From Octopus vulgaris (lineage: Eukaryota), in the NCBI GenBank assembly GCA_951406725.2, contig OX597819.1, forward strand, positions 33,728,001 through 33,792,000: a stretch of DNA of 64,000 nt. The letters are read 5' to 3'. The translations under genes were made by a program, and so were the position numbers. Below, piece after piece: positions 1 to 14,205 of the stretch. Positions within the stretch are counted from its first letter, which is position 1, and every line of letters begins with the position of its first letter. The notes below the pieces were generated by a model, which had not been told where the DNA came from, searched no databases, and saw only the letters and a program-made list of their open reading frames with translations.

Positions 1-230
1 CTACCGTCATCATAATTACCATGGCTACCATAGTTACCAAAGCTACCATAGTTATTATAGGTTATATAGCAGTTGTTATAACAATCATGGTTACCACAGT
101 TCCCATACCTACCATAGTTACTGACCAAAACACATAGCTTCCTTAATTAGTATTGCTATTGTAGTTACCATGACTACTAAAGTATTACTATACTTAGCAG
201 TGAACTATAATTACCATAGTTACTGCTACG
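1..230. repeat. Degenerate 9-bp tandem repeat (tagttacca)
   Basis: Repeated catagttac/catggctac units. Confidence 0.65.
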
Positions 231-1344
231 GCAGTTTTATAAGAGATATTTCAGTAAAACAAATGCAGTTTCTTTTTATAAGATTTAGTCAAGAGCAGGT
301 GAGTTTCTGTTGGATCTTCAAGACAGTAAGGAAGAAAGACTGGAAGGTATCCTTAGAGTAGTAGCCAAATCTGAATGATTCCAACAGAGTGAATTTAGCT
401 AAAAGTAGCACAGGGATAGGATGGTTGGATTAACTCTTTTGTTACCATATTGCTTTTGAGATGTTCTGTTTATTTCAATTAGTTTTAAATATAACAAAGA
501 ATTTAGTAAAGTAACTTAATTATCATTAAGCCAGTGTTAGGAACAAATTGCGACTAAGGTTTGGTGGAAGATTTTAATTGAGAACTTTTGAAAACAAGAC
601 ATTTGTACTACAGAGCCAGAGGTGATTTCAGACAGGTTGGTATCAAAAGATTTAAGAATTATTTCTCTATCATATATTTTAACGCTTTCATTACCATATT
701 TCTGTTGAGATGCTCTGTGTTTCCTTTGATTAATTTTAAATATACCAAAGAATTTAGTAAAATAACTTAGTTATCATTAAGTTAGTGTTAAGAACATAAA
801 TTGTTACTAAGGTTTGGTGGAAGATTTTAATTCAAGAAGTTATGCAAACAAGACATTTGTACTACAGAGCTAGAAACGGTTTCAGACAGGTTAGTATCAG
901 AAGGGTTAAATCAAGTGAAGAACAGGTACAAAGTTCATTTAAAAGAAAGAGATTTGAAATGGACCTGGAGGTGAGAGGATGGAGTATGCTATTGATGAGG
1001 CTGCAGATATTGACAAACAACTGATTGATTGTTTAAACTAACTGATTAAGTAAGTTATCAATTAGTTAGTTGGTTAAATAACTAATCAACTGACTAATAA
1101 ATAAAGAAGTGAAATTGAATAAATGTGTGTGTTTATTATTGACGTAATGACCCTCTCAAGATACAACAAAATTTGCTTCAACACATGAGTTCACATCAAG
1201 AATCTTGGAAACTAAATACAAAAACAAAAGACATCCACTCAGATCTCATCTACACGAATTAAGTCACAAGGCAAACTTTTTAAACACATGAATATTACAA
1301 AGGAAAGATACCATTTCAAGATACCTTAACTAATAATAAAATTG

Positions 1345-1395
<51 letters not shown>

Positions 1396-1419
1396 GCTAC
1401 AATAATAATAGAATCTCAC

Positions 1420-1827
1420 CTCGTTTGAGTCAGGTGGGTCAGCTAATAAGAGCCTTGGAGGAAGTTCTCGATCAAAGGGTGATGTTGGCCACTCATCATA
1501 AAGAGCATTCTTCTGGATATCTGACGTTGAAATCCTTATTTCTCGTTTTGGCACCTGAGAATATATTTCTTCATTGAATTTCATTGATGCTGGCTGGCAC
1601 TTAGTTCTGGGCAGTGTGGCCAATGCAGAGACATATTGCAAATTTTGGGGTGGCACAAAAACACCATTAGGAGAACTTGGCGGTGCAAAAGGAACAAAAG
1701 ATACTGTCTGAGACTTTGGGGTTAGTGGTGTAACTGCATATGATGACTTTGATGAATTGCTGTCTTCCTCTTCTCCTTTTTCTTCTTCGTCGTTTTTTAC
1801 TGATGAATTATCACCCTGTTCAAGAAT
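1420..1827 (-). CDS. PLEKHH1/2: PLEKHH coding exon (low-complexity linker); gene continues beyond the left edge
   Basis: gtttcttttgcAG acceptor, GAG|GTGAGA donor. 408 bp open frame, phase 0-0, ILEQGDNSS...PPDSNE (ORF track 1330..1842). Confidence 0.8.
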
Positions 1828-2264
1828 CTGCAAAAGAAACAAAAAAAATTAATTTTTCATCATCAAGGCACAGGCGTGGCAGTGTGGTAAAAAGTTTGCT
1901 TCCCAACCACATGGCTCTGAGTTCAGTCCCATTGTGCGATACTTTGAGCAAATGTCTTCTACTAATAACTCAGGCTAAAAGCCTTGCGAGTGGATTTGGA
2001 AGACGGGAAAATGAAAGAAGCTCATCATTTATGTGCGAATGTGTGTGTGTGTGTTGTGTGTGTGTGTGTGTGTGTGTGTGCATTTATATAAGTATATATA
2101 TATGTATACAGGCACAGGCATGGCTGTGTGGTAAGAAGCTTGCTTTCTGATCACATGGTTCCAAGTTCAGTCCTACTGCATGGAATCTTGGACAAATGTC
2201 TTCCCTGAGGCTAACTAAAGTCTTGTGAATGAATATGAAAGACAGAAACTGAAAGAAGCCCATC

Positions 2265-2312
<48 letters not shown>

Positions 2313-2314
<2 letters not shown>

Positions 2315-2725
2315 TCTTACTCTTTACTCTTTTACTTGTTTCAGTCCTTTGACTGCGGCCATGCTGGAGCACCGCCTTTAGTCGAGCGACTTGACCCCGG
2401 GACTTATTCTTTTTTTGTAAGCCCAGTACTTATGCTATCGGTCTCTTTTGCCGAACCGCTAAGTAACGGGGACATAAACACACCAGCATCGGTTGTCAAG
2501 CAATGCTAGGGGGACAAACACAGACACACAAACAAACACACATACATATATATACACATATATACGACAGGCTTCTTTCAGTTTCCGTCTACCAAATCCA
2601 CTCACAAGGAATTGGTCGGCCCGGGGCTATAGCAGAAGACACTTGCCCAAGATGCCACGCAGTGGGACTGAACCCGGAACTATGTGGTTGGTTAGCAAGC
2701 TACTTACCACACAGCCACTCCTGCG

Positions 2726-2727
<2 letters not shown>
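2313..2727 (-). mobile_element. tRNA-derived SINE family A, full-length, with internal microsatellite
   Basis: Head ggcgcaggagtggctgtgtggtaag...ggttcagtccca (A/B boxes); tail aagtaaaagagtaaagag. Confidence 0.85.
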
Positions 2728-2795
<68 letters not shown>

Positions 2796-3564
2796 GAAAA
2801 CAGAGAGAAAATATACAGCTTCTGAGAATGCAGTAAGTTTAATAAAACCTTTATATTTCAAGTACAAAGGCCAATCTTCAGAAGAAAAGAACAGTCTAAG
2901 AAAAGTCTAGTTATGCAGGATCCGTTAAACCATTCAAATTAACATACATTTATATATGTATATCTACATGTGTGTGTCTTTCTGCCTGTGTCCCCACCCC
3001 GCCAACACCACTACTTGACAACCAGCGTTGGTGAGTTTGCATCCCTATAACTTAGTGGTTTTGCAAAAGTGAACCAATAGAATAAGTAGGGGACTTAGAA
3101 AAAGAAGTACTGGGGTCGATTCATTTGACTAAAAATTCAAGGCAGAGCCCCAGCATGGCCACAGATTAATAGCTGAAACAAATAAACAATAAAAGATCCA
3201 TAATATAAATCTATTTAATAACCATAAGAAAGAAGTTATGGAGTGGCAGGGCTAAGTAGTAATGTGTATAAATAAAACGTTATTTCCAGTTCATATATGA
3301 CAGACATATTTGAACTCATAGGAAAGTCATTCACTGTGTTTTGCTATAGAGAAAATTTCTCACTATAAACAAATAGCGTAAATACACCAAAATCAGTTCA
3401 CACTGTTGCCTACCCAGATTGTTAGATGCAGGCATTTTGGATTGGTTATCTCTTCTTCAGTCACAGAAACCAGACAATATGGTGTGAGTCATAAGTGAGA
3501 TTGCCTCAAGCATATTTGAATTGGCAATAACCAGTCTTTGTTATTGCAGTCCAGTCTCATTTAT

Positions 3565-3605
<41 letters not shown>

Positions 3606-4705
3606 TATTGGCCTGCTCGCTTAGCCAGCGGGGTGGCGTCATTTGAAGGCTAAAACAATGTGAAGCGCATTGTGACCAACGATGTGTAGCAACATCTGAT
3701 AGCCCAGTCGGTCACAGTGATATATATGCACAGTTTTATGGTTGAATAGTTTGTTTCCAAATAGCACCGTTTCAGATGCAGATTCATGTGTAGCACATTG
3801 ATCAAGTGTCTGCTACCAAAATCCCAGGTCAACCAAAGCCTTGTGTGGGGACATGGTAAATGGAAACTGAAAGAAGCCTGTGTGCATGCATATGTATACA
3901 TGCATAGGCCTATGGTTCTTTTAACATATAAGTATTATATTTTTTTTAAATGCCTACAACCCTAATATGTTGATATCTATAGGCAATGTCAATTAGATTC
4001 ACTTTTAACCATAGGCTGAAACAGCTGTAAGAAGTAATTTTTAGGATTTCATTAATTTATAATATGACTTTTAAAATCTGTATTTGTAATATTATCTTAT
4101 CTATTGATTTAAATAATATTTTGTAAAATGAATAAATAATCTAACATTATAATATCCGTAAGTTGATGAACAAACTAAGTTTGTTTCTCTATTTTCTTAT
4201 TTGTATTATAAATTTACGGTAAAAATATTTCCTTACCTTCACTCATTTAATACAATAAATGAATTAATTGCATTGCAATTTAAAACATTTATGTATTAAG
4301 AAATTGGGTACTTTACCAACAGTATATTGGATAATTGATATCCCATAGCGGGTTACACCCATAACCCCTATCTTACTTTGTACTATATATATATGCGTGT
4401 GTGTGTGTGTGTGTTTGTGTTTGTCCTGCACCACCACCTTGACATTTGGTGTTGATTTGTTTACGTTCCTTAACTTAGAGATTCAGTAAAGGAGACTGAT
4501 AAAATAAGTGCCAGGCTTTAAAAAATAAGTACTGGGATTGATTTGTTCGAATAAACCTTTGAAAGTGGTGCCCCAGTATGACCACAGTCTAACACCTGAA
4601 GCAAGTAAAAGATAAAAGATACATACACATTCACATGCTGTTTATATTATCGTGTGTGTGTGTGTGTGTGCATGCATGCACGCATATATATATATATATA
4701 TATAT

Positions 4706-4802
<97 letters not shown>

Positions 4803-5110
4803 CATATACACACATACACGTGTATTTGTGGTTACAGAATATACTGAAACAAAATCAACAAAATCAAAGAGAGAAGTATTCGTTAATAATTTGAATGAAA
4901 GATGTCGTGTTTGTTGTTGTTGCTGTTGTTGTTTCTCTTCCAGAATTAGAAAACAGATAATGTGGATAATTAGAATTTCATTAAGGTGAAGTACATGCTG
5001 TAATGAAGAGCCTAGTTAGCACTTTGTGATAATGAAGTGAAAAGGTGTGAATAAATGAGCTTTTGTGTATACAATGAGACGATAACGAACTGAATGTAAA
5101 TAATGAAGGG

Positions 5111-5153
<43 letters not shown>

Positions 5154-7140
5154 TAAGGAAAGAGAAAGTGAAAGTGAGATGCAATGAGAGAGAGAGAGAG
5201 AAAGAAGGAAAAGAAAGATGTAGATAAGCAAGACCGATGAGGCTGAAAGACCAACAACATTTGAAAGAAAGGAAGAAGTGATTTAGAAGATGAAATAAAT
5301 GTGGATGATGGTCAATGGTTGTTATATAGAAGAAAAAGGGATATTTACACTGAGGAACTGAAGACATGATTTTTAACAGGTTGGATTTTTTTTGTTTTTT
5401 GCTTTTTTTTACCTTTTCATTTTTAGTGAAGTCAGAGTCATAGAAACTATTCCCATTGAATTGGATAAAATTGTTTCCATCACTTCCAAAATCGTCACTT
5501 TACCAAAACAACTTCCCCAACCCCACCCCACCACCACTACAACTGCTGCTGCTACTACTACTAAAGAAAACCTAATTGCATGACCTGCTAGAAACAACAG
5601 CCAAATATTCCTTGTATCATACTCTACCTTTTTTAAAAGAAGGTAAGGACACATTATATAATGTAGTTATATAGACACTGTAGAGAAGGCACATGGCTTA
5701 GTGGTTAATGCATTCAGATCACAATTGCGAGGTCATGAGTTCGAGTCCTGGCAACGTGTTGTGTCCTTGAGCAAGACACTTTATTTCATGCTGCTCCAGT
5801 CCACTCAGCTAGCAAAAATGAATAGTACCTGTATTTCAAAGGGCCAGCCTTCTCACACTCTGTGTCATGCTGAATCTCCCAGAGAACTACATTAAATGTA
5901 CACATGTCTGTGGAGTGCTCAGCCACATGCATGTTCAATTGATCGGATCAACTGAAACCCTTATTGTCGTAACCAACAGAGTGCCATATACACTGTGACT
6001 ACTAAAAAAAAAATGTGAGATGATCATGCTGGAATGCATTTAATCCTAGGCCTACTTGATCAAGGCTGATTTGACTCACCTCAACTATGTGAGTTCCCAT
6101 CAACAACAGCTTTTGAACTCTTTTATTGACCTGGAGGACTAATGATCGACAGAGAATTGAACCCTGATGAAAAACTCCCTATATGCTAAATTCATTGTCA
6201 ACTCCCTACTTTGCTGGCACAATCTCAGTACACAGCTTGCACAGTTATCATAAAACATTTTCCTTCTACACCTAGATGTTTTAGTGACTGACAGATTACA
6301 CAGCATGGTGCCCTGCTAAAGGCTTTTCCACAACAACAAATTCTAGGTATAGTGCACGGCTCTTTGCTAAGAACTTTTTCTGTAACTGACATACTAGAAA
6401 GAGACCATCAAAGTATACAATCTTAAGATAAATGTTTACTGCGTTACATCTAAACTAATTCTTTTCCTAATTAGTTGTGCTACAGCATTTTGTAAACTGT
6501 TTCTGTATCAGTTTGATATCTCTAGAGTTACTTCTTTCTAGTGTATCTCTTCTGTTCTTGTGGTAATTCATGACCCTGCTATGCCAGTCACTGGAAATTA
6601 TACCTTGTTATACTATGCTACTAACCACTGTGTGTCTTATTTTACTGGATATTTTCAGCATCTTGGTGTCAAACAGCTAATTTCTCTGCTTTCACATCCT
6701 CAACCCCTTAATGTTTAAATTATTCTGTCAAATATAATGATTATTTATTCACATTGCTTTGAATTTATCATGCATTATCTTGTACCTTTGAGATTTTAAA
6801 GACCTGATTGTTTACTTTTACAATGACATTGTAGGGTAGGTGTGAGAAGCTGGATCTAGCTGGCTTGAACATAAAACAGGTGGAAAATCTGGGCTGGATA
6901 TGGCCGGTTCAAATGCTAATGAGTTAATTGTCATTCAACTACATAGCTGCCAATTTCAATAGTAGCTCCCTCTGTTGAGTCTGGTAGCATTAGTACCTCT
7001 CTTGGCCACGCATTCAACCCTTCAACAACCTCCTTTATTAGCATTTCCTACTTCTTGGTGAGTGCACTACTATCATTACGTACATGATTTTCAATAACGT
7101 TTTGTTTCATACTAATACAGTTCTACAATAAAAACAAAAA

Positions 7141-7560
7141 TAGGCATAGGTGCATGGTAAGAAGCTTCCTTCCCATCCACATGGTTCCAGGTTCAGTCCC
7201 ATTGCGTGGTGCCTTAGACAAGTGTCTTCTACTATAGCCTAGGACCAACTAAAATCTTGTAAGCGGATTTGATAGGTAGAAACTGAAAGAAGCCCATCGT
7301 ATGTATGTATGTATGTATGTATATATGTATATTAGTATGTGTGTGTGTGTGTCTGTGTCTGTGTTTGTCCCTCCACCATCGCTTGACAAACGATGCTGGT
7401 GTGTTTACATCCCTGTAACTGGGAAAAGAGACCAATAGAATAAGTACTAGGCTTACAAAGAATAAGTCCTACAATCAATTAGTTTGACTAAAACTCTTGA
7501 AGGTGGTGCTCCAGCATGGCTGCAGTCAAATGACTGAAACATGTAAAAGAATAAAAGAAT
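7141..7560 (+). mobile_element. SINE family A
   Basis: Colinear with the 2313-2727 copy in opposite orientation. Confidence 0.8.
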
Positions 7561-7806
7561 AACTTTGATGTTCTTGTTGCCGCCATACTCACCAGAATAT
7601 ATTTGGAATATGTATTTAACTCACATCACTATTTGATAATACTTTTGAAAACGAGCAAGAATTTATAGACAGTAAGAACACTTAAAGACAACAACTTAAC
7701 CCTTTAACACTTAAACCAGATGTATATGACTCAAATATTCTTCTTGTTTTATGTTGAACCCAACCAGATCTAGCCTCACACATTTACCCTACAATTTCAT
7801 TCTAAA

Positions 7807-8202
7807 CTAGCAGTATCGCCCGGCGTTGCTTGGGTTTGTAAGGGAAATAACTATATAAGCATTTTTAGAGATGTAAAATATAATAGCCATCTCAATATGG
7901 TTAACCACAAAGTGGGGTGTTACTGTAGCTTTTTACGTTCTGAGATTTAATAATACATTTTTAGCGAGTTACTTCCCTTATATAAACCGAGCGAAAATGC
8001 ATTAAAAATGCGGAAAAATTATGTTAAATTTTTTTTTAAATCGTAGACTCATCGTAGACATGCGCTAATACCCAGAAGGGCTTGATATGAATCACGACTA
8101 TAAGATACCCGCTTTTGGTTACACTGCACCGCAAAATGTGGGAGTAGTTAGGAATCTAAATCGTAGGAGACAGACACACAACTTCACTTTTATATATAAA
8201 GA
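7807..8202 (-). mobile_element. Non-autonomous Helitron nested in a TTAA MITE (7700-8314)
   Basis: On the minus strand: 5' TC, 3' GC hairpin then CTAG, A|T insertion site. Highly similar to 17179-17571. Confidence 0.75.
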
Positions 8203-9419
8203 TATAAACAATCAGATCATAAAAATCTTGAAGTTACAAGATAATGCATAATTAATGCAAAACAATGGGAATAAATGAGCTTTACATTTGACAGAGTAAT
8301 CTGAATGCAAAGGGTTTAAGCCAGACCCATGTTAGAATACTGCTTGTATGTATGGGATAAATACACACATATACAAATATTTTCAATTATAGCCCTAGAT
8401 ATTCATCAATGTGCTATAACCACTAATTCAGATATGTGGTTTGTTCTTCTTACTATGGCCATTGTTACTTCTATTCTGACTAGAGAGAATATACTCACAG
8501 AAAATTCCAAGGATAAACTTCATAATAAAAGTATTGCAAAATAAAATATAATGTGACTGAGGAAAAAGAAATGACAGCAACTTAAAACTGATAGGCTAAC
8601 TAAATCAGACATCAGTAAATTACAGTATGTAACATACAATCTTGTAGATTACATCTATGGGCAATAGCAATACTATAAAGATTACTGTCACATCAAAGTT
8701 GAAGTGATATCGAGTCAAAGCTGAAAATTACTACCTGAAATAGCTAATAAAAATATTTTGTAAAAACGTGATAAAGATTCTGAGAGAGAGCAAGAAAAAA
8801 AGAGCAAACAAGAGAATGAGAGAGAGAGAGAGTGTGTGTGTGTGTGTGCGTGTGTGTGTTTTGCAAGAGATATAGAAAGAAGACTGTATGTCTGAGAGAG
8901 GAAGAGAAATAGTAGATCAACACACATATATCCTTTTTATGCATTTTAGATTTATTACATAAGAAAACTGAAAATAAAACTCATGTTCATAATATCACCA
9001 CCACAATAATAATAATGATGATAATAATAATAATGATCATGATCATGATAATAATGATGATGATCATGATCATGATAACATTTATTATTTATTGGCCATC
9101 AACGCCGAACCCAAAACATAAAGGATGATACACAGACGAGGGACAGTTGGGTTAAACATGTAAACAGCAAAGTAACACAACAATTAACAAGGAGATTAAA
9201 CCAACAATATACTTTCCAATTGAGGGGAGTTCCACCGAGAGGTGACCAGAGAAATCTCACACACTTTGGACCCCCTTACACCAAAGGCACCCCCTCTCCT
9301 CTTCATTCCATTCAGCCTACAGGTGCACAGTTAGAGCAGGCCCATTCACATGGGCCATTCTTGGCACAAATATAATAATAATAATAATAATAATAATGAT
9401 AATAATAATAATAATAATA

Positions 9420-9976
9420 AATGCCCTGATGCAGTAGCAGGCAGTGGCTCTCATGGCTTCTGATCTTAACTGATTGCAAGTGTTATCATGTACATTGTTT
9501 TGTCTTGGTATAAAAGATGGGCTACAGCAAATATTCTGCTCAATACCACAGATTTGCTTGTCAGTTGTTTGACCATAAGCAGTTGAGCATGTCCCTTAGT
9601 GGCTGACGATATGTGCATCTCTGATCATGAGCAGAAGTAGTGGGGGAGCATCATAGCCATGTGTTGAGAGGGATTCTTTGGGGTTTGAATAATTCACCTC
9701 TGGAAACATGGGTGTTTCGTTCAATATCCTTAAATAACCCTTATTCAGGGACCTTTTGAGCAGGATGGGTTACTCAACCAGAAGAAAATTCTAACTGAGC
9801 CCTACCTGCAAGGTCATGTGCTGTTTATCTTGATATGAGATCACCATGTCACGCACATATGGTTGTGATGCATGTGCCTGGAGTACCCTTATCAGACGGG
9901 TAGTCATGATGGGTATACTGGGCTTCATATATTTTACCCCAGTGTCACTTTGATGGCATGCACTGCTCTCTCACTC

Positions 9977-10015
<39 letters not shown>

Positions 10016-10600
10016 CCTTTCTGTGATAGGCACAATGCCAGAAATTTTGTGGGGAGTCAATAACATTGACTTCAGAGCTCAGTTGGTGCTTGTTTCATCG
10101 ACCCCAAAAGGACGAAAGGCAAAGTCAACCCACATAGAATTTGAATCTGTTCAATCAGAGATTTGCTTGTCATTTGCTTGACCTTAACCAGTTTGAGCAT
10201 GTCCCTTAGTGGTTGATGATATGTGCATTTCTGATCACATACAGGAGTGGTGTGGGAGCATCACAGCCATGTGTTAAGAGTAATTCTTTAGGGTTTGTAT
10301 AATTCACCTCTGGAAACAGGGGTGTTTCGTTCATCATCCTTAAACAACCCTTATTCAGGGACCTTTTGAGCGGGATGGGTTACTCAAGCAGAAAAACATT
10401 CTAACTGGGCCCCACCTGGAAGGTCATGTGCTATTTATCTTGATATGAGATTGCCATGTCACGAACATATGGTTGTGATGCATGTGCCTAGTGTACCCTT
10501 ATCAGACGGGTAGTCATGATGGGTATACTGGGCTTCGTATATTTTACCCCAGTGTCACTTTGATGGCATGCACTGCTCTCTCACTCAATAATATAATAAT
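9420..10600 (+). repeat. Two adjacent copies of an (AAT)n-tailed interspersed repeat (9420-9976; truncated copy at about 10150-10587)
   Basis: About 430 bp colinear, both ending cactgctctctcactc(aat)n. Confidence 0.75.
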
Positions 10601-10783
10601 AAATCCATTGGGTACAGTAGTTCTGATCTAAAGAAGTTCAAATCTGGTCAGCATTTCGGTAGTGGACTATTTGAGAAAATTTGATTTTGTAGGGATCAAC
10701 ATGATGGTGATTATCACGCAAAGTTCAACAATGAAGAAAAAGTAGGAATGTTAGACCATTTTCCTGTAATAATTCTAACTCAC

Positions 10784-11137
10784 CTGTTCGTTTGTACCAC
10801 CAGAATTTATTAATGATTCAAGTTGTTGAAGTTCGGTGAAAAATTTTCTTTCAATTTTAATTTGGGGCAAGAAGACACGCTTTGGTTCATAGATACTTTC
10901 GTGGTTCTGATCAACCTCTTGATAACCTCCGACACTTGGGTCAATTTCACCGATGCTGTTTTCACTGTCACCCTCTGATATTTGGGAAGTTAGCTCCCCT
11001 TCTGGGCTACTGCTGCTTTCTGAGATCACGTTGTGGCTTGGGTCACTGAGAGCATCAAGATTTGGAGATGATGACCTGCGTTTCACATTGATTGGTGGTG
11101 GAGTAGTGGCAGTAAATGACATAGGCCGTGATTCATC
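10784..11137 (-). CDS. PLEKHH1/2: PLEKHH coding exon (Ser/Pro-rich linker)
   Basis: ttttctttgccttAG acceptor, CAG|GTGAGT donor. 354 bp open frame, phase 0-0, DESRPMSFTATTPPP...SGGTNEQ (ORF track 10775..11122). Confidence 0.8.
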
Positions 11138-11456
11138 CTAAGGCAAAGAAAAAAACAGAAGATGATTTAGACCAATGTTTTTTTAAACGGGGGTAGTGAG
11201 TGCTGTGAAGATTTAAAATTCATTTAAAACTTAATCATTTCCAACATGAAGGCAAAAAAATGAAGATTTATGTGAATAACAAAAATCCTATTTATATTGT
11301 TATGCTTGTGGACAGTCATATTTTTCTTGCCAATAAAAAACATAATTAGCATCCCTCCATAAGGAAAAAAGACTGTCCCCAAGTATAACAATATCTGTTT
11401 CAACACACGTTTTCACATGAAGAATCTTACAAAAAAATCGTAAACATAACAAATTC

Positions 11457-11867
11457 TACTTATTCTTTTATTCTTTTATTTGCTTCAGTCATTTGACTGC
11501 GACCATGCTGGAGCACCGCCTTTAATCAAGCAAATCGACCCCAGGTCTTATTCTTTGTAAGCCTAGTACTTATTCTATCGGTCTCTCTTGCCGAAGCACT
11601 AAGTTACGGGGACGTAAACACACCACCATCGGTTGTCAAGCGATGTTGGGGGGACAAACACAGACATACAAACATATACACACATATATATATATACATA
11701 TATACGACAGGCTTCTTTCAGTTTCTGTCTACCAAATCCACTCACAAGGCTTTTGTTGGCCTGAGGTTATAGTAGAAGACACTTGCCCAAGGTGCCATGC
11801 AGTGGGACTGAACCCGGAACCATGTGGTTGGTAAGCAAGCTACTTACCACACAGCCACTCCTATGCC
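11457..11867 (-). mobile_element. SINE family A
   Basis: Same consensus, full length. Confidence 0.8.
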
Positions 11868-11939
11868 TTAGTTTACTTATAAATGAAGAAGGGCAGATCC
11901 CCAAAATTTCAGGGTTCTTTTTTTTTGAGGAGTTGCAGT

Positions 11940-12835
11940 GTTGATATTCATTGAACATCGTTATTCTTGTATTGAAAAAGAGGCAATAGTGATTGTAGAA
12001 TCTGTGAGAAAATGGTCTCAATTTCTTGGATGTAACTTCACACTAATAAGTGATCAAAACAGTGTGGCTTTTCTGTTTAATTGTCAAAAGTGCAGTAAAC
12101 CTAAAAACGAAAAGATAATGCATTGGCAAATCAAACTAGCCCAGTATAAATTTGATATCATTTACCACCAAGGTAAGTTTAATGTTGTATCTGATGCTTT
12201 ATCAAGTACCTATAGCACAGCTATAACTGATAATGAACTGTACCGTGTTCGTGCAGCGCTGTGTCATCTTGAGATCACATGATTGTTTCATTATATTAAA
12301 GTTAAGAATTTACTATACTCTGTAGATGGTGTAAAGCATATAATTAACAATTGTGTAATATGTTGTGAGGTGAAGCCTCGCTTTACTAAAACCTCTGTTT
12401 CGTCAGTAATTAAATCTACTCAAACTTTTGAAAGATTGAGTGTTAACCATTATTTTTTTGACTGTTGTGGATTAGTATTCACGTTTTTCGTTTATTTTTC
12501 CATGTACTGATACTAGTGCTCATACCGTTATTAGTAATTTGAAGGTTTTGTTTAATCTTTTCGGATTTCCTGCTGTTATTCATAGTGATAATACTAAATG
12601 TTTTGCATCTAAAGAACATAAACAATTTCTGTATGATAGGAGTATAGCGATTACTCATTCTACTGTATACAGTCCTCGTGGAAATGTTCAATATGAAAGG
12701 TATAATGGATTAATATGGAATTCCATTAAATTGGCCTTACATAGCAGAAATTTACCAGTTTCACAATAGGGAGTTTGTGCTCCCAGAAGTTTTACATTCA
12801 CAACATTCATTATTATGCACTGCAACTTATGAGAG
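11940..12835 (+). mobile_element. Ty3/Gypsy LTR retrotransposon pol relic (RNase H end + integrase)
   Basis: YSCIEKEA..IVESVRKW..FL..NFTLISDQ, IIYHQGKFNVVSDALS, integrase zinc-finger remnant LCH..CVICCEVKPRF, FGFPAVIHSDN, YSPRGN..ERYNG; contains stops and frameshifts. Confidence 0.85.
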
Positions 12836-12863
12836 ATTCTTTATATTGCCTTGAGTTCATTAA

Positions 12864-13476
12864 CCCTTTAGCATTCAGATTACTCTGCCAAATGTAATGC
12901 TTATTTATTCACATTGTTTTGAATTATCATGCATTATCTTGTAGCTTTGAGATTCCAATGATGTGATTATTATTATTATTTTTTCTTTTTGGAACAACAT
13001 TGTAGGGTAGGTGTGAGATGCTGGATCTGGCTGCTTGAATATAAAACAGGTAGATTGTTGGATGGGAATACTAAGCAGTGATGTATATAAATGCAATGTT
13101 ATTTTCAATTCAAATATGCCAGTGGCACATTCAGACTTGTAAACAAGCCATTCACTGTGTTTTGTCAAAGAGGAAATTTCTTTCTGTAGACAAATGGTGT
13201 AAATACACCTAAATCAGCTGGCAGTGGCATCTATCCAGACTGTGAGATGTAAGCATTCAGAGTGGTTATCTCCTCTTCAGTCACAGGCACTGATTGGTGG
13301 CGCTGTGAGCTGATTTGGATGCATTTACACCATTTGTCTACAGAAAGAAATTTCCGCCATGTCAAAACGCAGTGAAATGCTTGTTTACAAGTCAGAATGT
13401 GCCATCAGTATATTTGAACAGGTAATAACATTGCACTAAAGTAGGTAGAATATCTGGGCCAGATATAACTAAAGGG
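12864..13476. mobile_element. Second TTAA MITE family with a nested foldback element (other copies at about 6700-6927, 7700-8314, 20147-20392, 54693-54918, 56290-56478)
   Basis: TTAA|CCCTTTAG...CTAAAGGG|TTAA; internal sequence shared among the copies. Confidence 0.7.
13092..13435. mobile_element. Foldback MITE with about 128-bp inverted arms
   Basis: 13092-13219 is an imperfect reverse complement of 13308-13435; a related copy lies at about 3278-3550. Confidence 0.7.
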
Positions 13477-14159
13477 TTAAAGACTGTAAGGTATGGAAAC
13501 ATAGTCAGCCCACAATGATATGCTAAGTTAAATAAACACACAGAATCCCAAAAGATATGGTAAATTTAATAGACACAGCAAATCTATACAATGATATTGA
13601 GTAATTTCATGATACTTTTTGTTTTCTGTCACCAATATTTATATCATCAACATCTGGTGGATGATTGATTAAAATTCCAATGTCAGTATTCCAAGCTTCA
13701 GCTCCAATATAGTCGAAAGACATGATCTTCAAATGTTTAATCTAGATGGATAATTATTTAAGACGTCCAATTTTTTTTATTTAGATTAAAAATTCCTTTT
13801 TTGCTGTATTAAAATTGTAAATCTTATGCATATATTTTAACTTCTTTGATACCAATCTACGTGAATATGACCTTGGTTCAATGATACGAATTTACTGTTT
13901 TAAAGTGATCTAATCTAAAACCTTCTTTGAGTTCCAAACACCAGATTAAAGTGTTGTTTTACTAAATTCTTTGTTATTTTCAAAATTAATAGAAACAAAA
14001 ACAGTGTCATTCAACAGAAATATTTTAACTAAAGGGTTGAAGTGTCTTTAAGTTCTTCATACCGTTCATGCAAATATATGCCCCCCCCCCCCATATATAT
14101 ATATATATACATATATATACGAAAGAAGGTTTGAAAAAGCAATTTTAAAAGATGTTTAT

Positions 14160-14205
14160 TCACTTGACTGGTTTCACTTTTTTAGAAAAAGATTGTCAAA
14201 AATAA
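14160..14205 (-). ncRNA. Minimal hammerhead ribozyme relic (UUGACAA core)
   Basis: Minus strand reads ttattt-TTGACAA-tcttttt/aaaaagt-GAAA-ccag-TC^aagtga; the element sits next to (TA)n. Confidence 0.45.
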
